From Eledone cirrhosa (lineage: Eukaryota), in NCBI GenBank assembly GCA_964016885.1, contig OZ024742.1, positions 131,502,001 through 131,566,000 of the forward strand: a stretch of DNA of 64,000 bases, read 5' to 3'. A program made the position numbers and the translations under genes. Below, one piece after another: positions 55,330 to 64,000 of this stretch (positions within the stretch are counted from its first letter, which is position 1; each line of letters starts with the position of its first letter). The notes under the pieces are model-generated. The model was not told the origin of the DNA, did not search any database, and saw only the letters and a program-made list of their open reading frames with translations.

Positions 55330-55885
55330 AGACAGTAGTCCATGATTTGAAAGAAATCACCATCAGAAAAGACTTAACATGGTCGGCCATAAACAAACTT
55401 AACAAAATATGGCAATTATATCTCTCGGGGAGAATAACCGAATGTTATTCAAAGCCACAGCTGAAAGTGAGTTGTCCTACGGGTCGGAAGCTTGGATGCT
55501 TAATAAAACCCTCGGAAAAAGACTAAATGGGTGTTACACGAGACTTCTGAGACACGCTGTAAACATATCTTGACGACAGAGAGTCACAAATGGAGAACAC
55601 TGTCTGGATAGTCCTCCCGTGTCGGATATTGTTCGTCTAAGAAGGATACGTTTTGCGGGTCATTGTTACAGGGCAAAAAATGAGTGTATCAGCCATGTTC
55701 TTTTCTGGAAGACTGCGGATGGTCATAGAAGTAGAGGTCGTCCTGCAACAACGTATCTGGATATGTTATATGCTCACACCGGAAGAAATTTAACGGATCT
55801 TGGAGTGATAATGCTAGATCGAGACAAATGGAAAGAGTACTGTTCATTGGATCGAGGAAACTCGACTCGTGAGTGAATGAGTGAG
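55330..55885 (+). mobile_element. RTE-group LINE 3' remnant
   Basis: KLNKIW, YGSEAW, LNGCYTRLLR, RRIRFAGHCYR, RSRGRPATTY, DRDKW; (GAGT)n-like tail. Confidence 0.85.
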
Positions 55886-56336
55886 AGATGTAGCTGCTAT
55901 TTCTAATATGTCAAACAGTGACAGTAACAGAACCATTCGTTAGCTCACAAACATCGATGCTTTATATATCTGTAAAATACATTAATTTGTATTATCATTT
56001 CTTCTTGCAAATTTTGTATATTGTCGTCTACAATTTACTTTGAGGTGGTGTTGGAATTTATTTTATATGGCTAATTTACTGTCCTGTCAAAAGCAATAAT
56101 GAATTAGTCAAACACATGTAGGAAATTCAATAAAACAAAACAAAAACAGAGAATAATTTAATTCGACTTTAATGGTGCGGTGTTTACAGCACTGCTTATT
56201 TTGGCATCTCCTCAAGATTATTTTTGAATTCAGGAAAATAATTGATCAATATCCTTATATTCATTAAAAAATAGATAAAATTAAATATAAAAAGACTAAG
56301 AAATACCAGATGTTCTTTTTTACTTATATTTACATT

Positions 56337-56371
<35 letters not shown>

Positions 56372-56376
56372 GTATG

Positions 56377-56423
<47 letters not shown>

Positions 56424-56428
<5 letters not shown>

Positions 56429-56560
56429 GAAGGTGAACAGAGATAACAAAAATAACAAAACAAGCAGAACAATACATGGAAGAAATATATTAGTTTATTT
56501 AACGCTTGAAATAGCAGGAAGAGTGTCTTAACGCCTCGGAGACTAGACCACCATCAGAAG
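56424..56560 (-). mobile_element. Diverged copy of the 32452-32857 PLE-like family
   Basis: Shares ggtgaacagagataacaaaa and aacgcttgaaatag..tcttaacg. Confidence 0.55.
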
Positions 56561-56639
56561 ATAAAGTTAGAAATACAAACACACACACAACCACCGATTG
56601 AACCCGGGTTAAACTTATATACAAATATATATACATCTA

Positions 56640-57407
56640 TATAGGGAAAAAAGATGAAACCGAAAATGCAACTAGAGTCTTTTTTTTTAAATATATATAT
56701 TTATTTGGTTACTTTACCGGTTTCGCAGTTCTTCTGCTTTTCAAAAGTAGAGTTGAGATGGAGGGTCTGTGGTTTTTCTCACATCTGGTTGGTCTTTGAA
56801 TGTTACTTGTTTTATATGGAAAAAAAGTGGCTCGAAATGCAAGGTTTTTAGAGAAGTAATTTGATTGGTTGGTGAATAAGTATAATAGAATTCGCGCCAG
56901 TTCGCGTTACAAAGTTCTTCAAACAAGGGGGGGGGGGGCTCAGGTTGTTTTTTCATATCTGAGTGAAGTTTGGTTGGTTATGCAGTCACCTGAATAAGCA
57001 CATCAGCTTTTGTGCCAGTTTGTTTGAATTTCTTTTTACTTAAAAAAAGTGGCTCACGAAGGATTTTTTTAAAATGTAATTTGATTGGTTATAAATGAAA
57101 TTATGGCTGTCACGTGAACATGTTCATTAAATTTCGCGCCCGTATTTGGCAATTTATTTTGTAGCCTTTTAGAGAATTTTGTGCCAAACAAAAGATAATG
57201 GTCAAAAGAAATGGAATGGGGAGAATTGTTCTGGTTCAGTGAATATGGCTGGTTCACTGGGGTGTCAGAATTTAGACTTTCTATTGAAATAAAGAAAGTA
57301 GAGATATGAATGTTTATTTGTGTGTTTGTGTGCATATTCACTGAACCAGAACAATTCTCGCCATCCCATTTCTCTTTTGTTTGGCACAAAAATCTCTAAA
57401 AGGCTAT
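56640..57407. mobile_element. Left arm, spacer and start of the right arm of an inverted-repeat PLE-like element (~600-bp arms)
   Basis: 57160-57247 is the inverse of 57333-57407; 56640-57160 is the inverse of 62337-62875; variant HHR at 56710-56749 on the minus strand. Confidence 0.75.
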
Positions 57408-57518
57408 GTATGGCGACAAGGAAGGACGTTTGACCACGTCTTGACGAAACAAAATATAATATTTTCACCAAAAACTGCCCTTTAAACACATGCCAGATGG
57501 ATTACAATATTCTTATTA

Positions 57519-57630
57519 CAAATCCCGCCGAGCTTAACTTTGCCTTTCATCTTTACGGGGTCGATAAAATAAAGTACCAGTAATGTACTGGAATAATTGC
57601 TGGCCTTGTGCCAAAAGTAGGAACCATTGT
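57519..57630 (+). mobile_element. 5'-truncated SINE inside the CR1 5' UTR
   Basis: SINE core; ttacaaat on both sides (possible target-site duplication). Confidence 0.8.
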
Positions 57631-58271
57631 TACAAATACTTTGGCTGTTCCCTGACTACTAGTACCGACTTCAACATAGAATTATTTTGACGAAGTATAT
57701 TTGATTTGATTTTATTTTCGCCAACAAACCACGTGTGGACATGGATGGGGAAAAAAACAAAAAAAAAATCACTACATCCCTTAGGGATCGCAGTAAGTAC
57801 TTCACAAAATCTATAAACAACAATACACACAGATTTATATACAGATACATACCACACGTATATACACACAAGTGAAAAGAAACCGCACTATTTCGTGTGA
57901 GACACTATACCGGCCAATCTTACGTACATTTGTATAAAATCTTTCCGAACATTGACTTCGCTTCTAACCCACATACACATTTTAATTATATATATATAAT
58001 TATATATTCGAGTGCAGATATTTTTGTATACACACACACATACTACATAGGAAAACAGAAACAGAAATACAAAAACAAAACATAAACAAACATTTATCTC
58101 GTTAACTTACGCAGCATATTTATTTGTTTACATGCGCAGATCCTTTTGTACACACACAATAATTAGGAAAACGGAAACAAAAATACACAAAAAAACAAAA
58201 CAAAAAACAAACATTTTATTTCTAACGAAATAAAGTGTGTTAAACCTTGTTTACATTGTGTTTTTCTACTG

Positions 58272-59330
58272 ATGGGCAGAAATAACAAAATTGCCATGGT
58301 GATATCCATGGATGAAGTATGCGACAAAACTGGTCAATGTTCCAAAATAGAACATTGCCCAGAAAATCACACCTGCCATATCTATACGGAACCCGAAAAC
58401 TCGTTCTGTAATCGCTGGGTCGAATGTGGAACCTGTCGCATCTATGTCTGCCTTCAATGCGCCACAGGCTTCCGGAGGACTCCAGGCCCCCAAAAGAGCC
58501 ATCATATCGCTATGATGAATGGGCTCTGGGAGATGGTCCAGCTAAAATCTTGGTCCTTTCAGTGCCTGGCCTGTATGCCTGCCTCCAACAATGTTATTGA
58601 AAAAAAAAAAAAAAAAAAACGATGACTGTATTTTCCTCTACCGTTGTTATAGAACAACGGCAAAAACCTATCAACAACAACAACAATAACAGCGGCAGCA
58701 GCAGCAACAACAACAACAACAACAACAGCAGCAACGGCAACAACAACAACAATCGACCAGTACAGATTTTGCAGAATTGCAACAAATGATTTCTGCTTTA
58801 AGAAGGAAAGTAACAGGAATAAAAGCAAGCATTCGGCTAGGACCCCACAATGAGGGGGCTTATCGGAATTCCTTGTTAAAGAATCTCCCTGTACCTCTTG
58901 CTGTATCAGGGCACACTGAGAAGACCGCGAAATCTGCTACCCATGAAGTAATTTCCATTGGGGTACCAGAAGACAAGGCTGATCTTCAGACATTTGCTGC
59001 CTTATCAGGCGAAGACCTAGGCTGTGTTCCCCCAAAGGGTGCTCTCTGCCTTGGTCGACATGGTCCAAAAACCAGACTCATCAGGCTCTCTTTTTCGGAC
59101 CCCGCTGAGGCAATTTCATATCATCTGGCCTCTGTTAAATCTGGGCGTGAAAATCGGATTACCTTCTGAACACGCCCAGGCCTACCACCTGATGTACGTC
59201 CAAAGCTGCGTGTTGCAGCTTCCTTAAATCGGAACTCAGCACAACATGAAAGTTTTAGTTTGCGTGATGATGGGCAGATCTGGAGATTTGTTAAGGCTGC
59301 TGAAACGTGGAAGAGAGATACCAGCTGGTC
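58272..59330 (+). pseudogene. CR1 ORF1 remnant with PHD-finger-like Cys cluster
   Basis: CHIY...WVECGTCRIYVCLQCA...WSFQCLAC; broken by a poly-A run and frameshifts. Confidence 0.65.
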
Positions 59331-59439
59331 TGAGTGCGCTCTACCCACAATAACTGGCAATGGAAAAACTGCAACAACTCTGGGAAACTAAACCAGAACA
59401 ACCTGCCATCCTCTACACGACATCATAAACTGCAAGCAG

Positions 59440-62181
59440 GGTACCAATTGCTGTCCTTAAATGCTCGCTGTTTATGCAACAAGATTCATCTGTTTAGCCC
59501 CTACGTCAGAAGCCTGGACCCTGACCTCATCACAGTCACGGAAACATGGGCACATTCCTTATTCTGTGATGGGTTTTCAGCATTACTGGGTACAACCTGT
59601 TCCGCCAGGACTTCATTAATCGCCGTGGTGGTGGTGTGATGGTCTACGTTCGTTCAAAATTTTCGGTAATTCCTTGCGTTGATTTGAACGAATCACAAGA
59701 AGAAGTTTTTTTTCTGTGACATACGTATGACGATGTCAACACTTCTGCTTGGTGTTGTTTATCGCCCCCCAAACAACCATCAGGACACACAGCTTTGCGA
59801 TATCCTCAGAGCTGCTGCCAGGAAAACAGCCACTTATGTGTTTATTGCAGGTGACGTCAATCATCCTGAGATCGATTGGGAAACCTTTCGTTGGCCACAA
59901 AGTGCAAACGATTTCCTTGAGCTAGTGCTGGACTCAAATTGGTCACAAGTTGTCACCTGCTCTTCACCACTACTCCTGAATTGGTTATTAGTTGTACTAC
60001 TGAGGAACCTCTATGCGACTCTGATCATGCTATGATCATTGCCAATCTGGCTCTTGCGGGCAGCAACAAAAACCAGAACCATCTCCAATCTACTTGCTTT
60101 GATTGGAAGAAAGCAGATTGAAACTTGTACTGCACTGAGCTACAGCGCCCAAACTGGCATGAGTTCTATAACTCTGGAGATGTGAACACTATACTCCAGA
60201 GCATCCTGGACTCAATATGGATAGCGTGGGCAGCATCAGTGCCACGTAAGCAGAAAATCCCCCACCCCAAAAGTCAAATTTGGGAACTTCAGCGGTCCGA
60301 CTTGCCAAGAAAGAACGTCGGAATGCTGAACGGGAATATAAACCGCATAAATCAGATGCCAACAGAAAAAAGCGGAATAAATGTTCCAACCATCTCAAGT
60401 AAGTGACAATAAAAAGGCAGTGCTTGAATTTGAACAGTGCATAGCAACCAATCCTGACAGTAATGTGTTCTGGAAATATGTACATTAAAAGCAGAGACCT
60501 CAATCTCCAGTTGTTCCTCTTCGCAATCCCCACACAAGCCAGATCACTGACGATCCCAAAGAATGTGCAGAACTCATTCCTGAGTGCTATGCAAGCATTT
60601 TTACTGTTGAAAACCAGAATGTACCATCTCCACCATCTCTAACATCAAATTCCATAACAACTATGGAATTTACACCTGCAATGCTGCGACGTCACCTTAA
60701 GAATAAGCGCAACTATGCCTCCCCTGCTCTTGATCGTGTTACATACCTGCTTCTCAAACGTGGCGGGTACTTCCTTTTGCAGCAGCTTTTTTTCTTCTTT
60801 CAATACTGTCTCAACAATGGAGCTACTCCGGAGCAGTGGAAAACTGCCAGTGTCATTCCCCCTGTTCAAAAAGGGCGACCGCATGTCACCTGTCAACTGT
60901 CGCCCAGTCAGTCTTACTAGCTGAATTGCCAAACTGATGGAATCCTGTGTCATAGAAACACTTTGGAACTTCTCAGCCTCATCCGGCCCTCGCAATTTGG
61001 ATATATCCCTAACTCCAGCTGCTGTGATCAGCTTATCGATTTCCTTGAAGACATTACCCGGATCACTGACAGTGGCTCATGGGTGGATGTTCTTTACCTT
61101 GACTTCGCTAAGGCTTTTAATCTGTGCCATACAAAAGACGTATGCCATACAAAAGACGTATGACGCAATGGGCGTGAGAGATGATCTTTTTAACTGGTTG
61201 AAATCCTTCGTTCTCAGCCGAAAAGAGGTAGTCACGGTTCTAGGACAGCATTCTTCACCATATGAGATGTCATCTGGTGTTTCACAGGGATCTGTTCTTG
61301 GTCCCCTTTTGTTTGTTGCATTAATTAATGACATATATGCTAACTTAAAGAATGCCACGTTACTGAAATATGCAGATAACATCAAGCTGTACCTTGAAAT
61401 CAAAAGGACAGATCCTGAAATCTATAATTCTTTCCTACAATCAGACCTGGACACAATGCAGCAATGGATCACAGACTGGCAACTGAAGCTGGCTGTGGAC
61501 AAGTGTACCACCATGCATTTTGGGAGGAAAAATCCAGCGTCCACATTCTCCCTCCACAACACTGATATTAAGAAGTCCTCTTTTTAACGTGACCTGGGCA
61601 TTACTGTCAGCAGCGATTTGCGTTGGACAAAGCAGATCTCTAAAATGTTCAACAAGGCCGAGGGTGTCTTGCCATCACTCAGCAAGACATTTGTTAGCCG
61701 CTCTCCAACCATCTATTTAAAGCTGTATACAGCTATGGTACGACCATACTTGGTATTCGCTTCATCAGTCTGGAATCCCTATCTTGCTCAGAACATTGAC
61801 CTCCTGGAAACTGTTCAGAGACGTGCAACCAAGCGCATACCCTCCATCAGACACCTAGCATACTCTGAACGCCTTGCTTCCCTGGGCATGGATTCATTGA
61901 AGCTCCGACGTCTGGCAATGGACTTGGTAAACACCCACAAAGTTATTAACCATCTCGCCAACAACAACCTTGAGCACCTTTTTGATCTCTATGTGTCTAA
62001 CACACGTGGACATGCCTACAAAGTCAGAAAAGAGCACAGCTTCCATGACTTTCGGAATCATTTTTTCACGCTTAGAGTTACTGAAGCATGGAACAAATTC
62101 CCTGAGTCAGTTCTTAGCTGGCGAGACACTGCATCCTTTAAACCCCTCATGCTTACCGAAATTCGCCAAAACTACACCTGA
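59440..62181 (+). pseudogene. CR1 ORF2 remnant (APE endonuclease plus reverse transcriptase)
   Basis: Ordered motifs across frames, many stops and frameshifts, 18-bp tandem duplication near 61125-61160. Confidence 0.9.
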
Positions 62182-62336
62182 TGTCCCCCTTCCATACACA
62201 TGCACACATGTGTATATCATGACTCATGCACTGTTCATTTTTCTGACGTTTGTACATTACCCTATGTACTATACATACCCTTTTGATGAGTTGTAGTGCA
62301 CCTGAGTACTGTACACAATATTTTCATTATTATTAT

Positions 62337-62875
62337 AAAATAAATTCCCAAATACGAGCGCGATATTTAATGAATTTGTTCACGTGACAGTCATTTATAA
62401 TTTCATTTATAATCGATCAAATTACATTTTAAAAAAAAGCCTTCATGAGCCACTGTTTTATTAAGTAAAATGAAATTCAAACAAACTGGCGCCAAAGCTG
62501 ATGTGCTTATTCACGTGACTGCATAAACAACCAAACTTCACTCAGATATGAAAAAAACAACCTGAGCCCCCCCCCCCCCCCCCTTTGTTCGAAGAACTTT
62601 GTAACGCGACCTGGCTCGAAATTTATTATACTTATTCACCAACCAATCAAATTACTTCTCTAAAAACCTGGCATTTCGAGCCCCTTTTTTCCATATAAAA
62701 CAAGTCACATTCAAAGACCAACGAGATGTGAGAAAAACCACAGATCCTCCGTCTCAACTCTACTTTTGAAAAGCAGAAGAACTGCGAAACCGGTAAAGGA
62801 ACCAAATAAATATATATATTAAAACAAAAAAAAAAGATTCCAGTTGCATTTTCGATTTCATCTTTTTTCCTTATA
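62337..62875. mobile_element. Remainder of the right arm of the inverted-repeat element
   Basis: Reverse complement of 56640-57160. Confidence 0.8.
62761..62800 (+). ncRNA. Variant-core hammerhead-like motif
   Basis: tactt TTGAAAA gcag-aagaa-ctgc GAAA ccgg TA aag; the same core is in the mirror copy at 56710-56749. Confidence 0.55.
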
Positions 62876-62927
62876 CTTTCACTCGTGTAGGACACCTCGG
62901 TTATTTTTCATTTTGTAAAAAAAAGCT

Positions 62928-63013
<86 letters not shown>

Positions 63014-64000
63014 TATGTACAAATATATGTTGCGAAGCTGTATCCGTACCAAATATACAGAATAACAATAACAACAATAATATTCTGAATATTATATAAG
63101 CCACAAAAGAAAAGTCTTTTGAGTCGAGTGAATGCTGCACTTTCTTCACAGAAATTGTTTTTCTATTCCACTTAAAGACGTAATTTAAAAACGGTAAAAT
63201 CATTGACTAAGCTTCAAGCAATTTACCCCATAGAATGTGTTTCCAAAAATATGGCACCATTAGATCTCTATAAGGTGTTGAAAATGCCAAACGAAAACAA
63301 GACGAGGCAACGACATAAAATGTAAAAACATTTACATATTTATGTAAATAGACGTTTTATCAGAATAATATAATGATAATACTAACTTCGCAGCCCTTGA
63401 CTAACTTGGAAAGCTATGGCCTAGCAGCTGGAAATCTCTTCTTTAAGCTGTAGCTCTGGCCAAATCTTTTTTAAAGGTCTCCATACTACTGATGTTATCC
63501 AAGGCGAAGGCAAGGACTATGTAAAGGTTGGAAATAGTAATATCAGCACATCTCATCGAGTTATCTAACACTTTCACGAATCTCCTTTCTTGTCTCTATT
63601 TATCTCTATTTATTGTCTCCTAAATGATGAAAAACAAAGACCTCGGTGAGATTCGAATTCGAGGCGTAGAAAGCCAGAACAAATACGATGGAGTAGATAA
63701 CTCTCATAATTAAATCCAATAACCAGACCGCAATTCAAACATTAAAAAAATTGCTATGTTATACACAGAAAAATATAAGTAAACGCAGTAAATATCAATT
63801 TTTACATGGCGAGATCGGCTATATGACAAATGAAACAGGACTAAGAATTGTCCGAACATCATGCATGCATACCACAAACGATAATCATATGGAAATAGCC
63901 GATGATACAACTCTAGAAATGAATATATTGAAAATCAAAATAACATCAAAATGAGGCAAATTAATGTAAGCACCCACCCATCCTTATAAATATACGTATA

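Larger units (their letters stand above)
57408..62336 (+). mobile_element. Near full-length decayed CR1-type LINE (5' UTR, PHD-like ORF1, APE-RT ORF2, ATT tail)
   Basis: Boundaries set by the interrupted host arm; motifs NARCL.NK, VTETW, GGGV, YRPP, GDVN, SDH, RPVSLTS, LDFAKAF, GVSQGSVLGP, YADN, VQRRATK, TRGH. Confidence 0.92.

Noticed and set aside
56640-62875. 6.2-kb DNA transposon with long terminal inverted repeats carrying RT cargo
   Set aside because: The interior is a later CR1 insertion into one arm; there is no transposase and the arms carry a PLE-type hammerhead

Overview
Eukaryotic, AT-rich DNA saturated with microsatellites and made almost entirely of repeats. The (TA)n/(CA)n load and the abundant tRNA-headed SINE resemble an octopus (coleoid cephalopod) genome; this is an inference. 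No intact host gene, rRNA, tRNA or CRISPR array is supportable, and most supplied ORFs are artefacts of simple repeats. Recognisable content: a near full-length decayed CR1-type LINE (57408-62336), fragments of CRE, R4-like and RTE LINEs, a mariner remnant, two non-autonomous Helitrons, about 15 copies of a tRNA-derived SINE, and a 5.9-kb 30-bp minisatellite. The most striking signal is a dozen or more distinct Penelope-like element (PLE) remnants. They are arranged as inverted or tandem pseudo-LTRs (pLTRs), mostly abutting (TA)n, and nearly all carry a minimal type I hammerhead ribozyme (HHR) motif with a family-specific architecture. A few weak minus-strand exon candidates may belong to a host gene.
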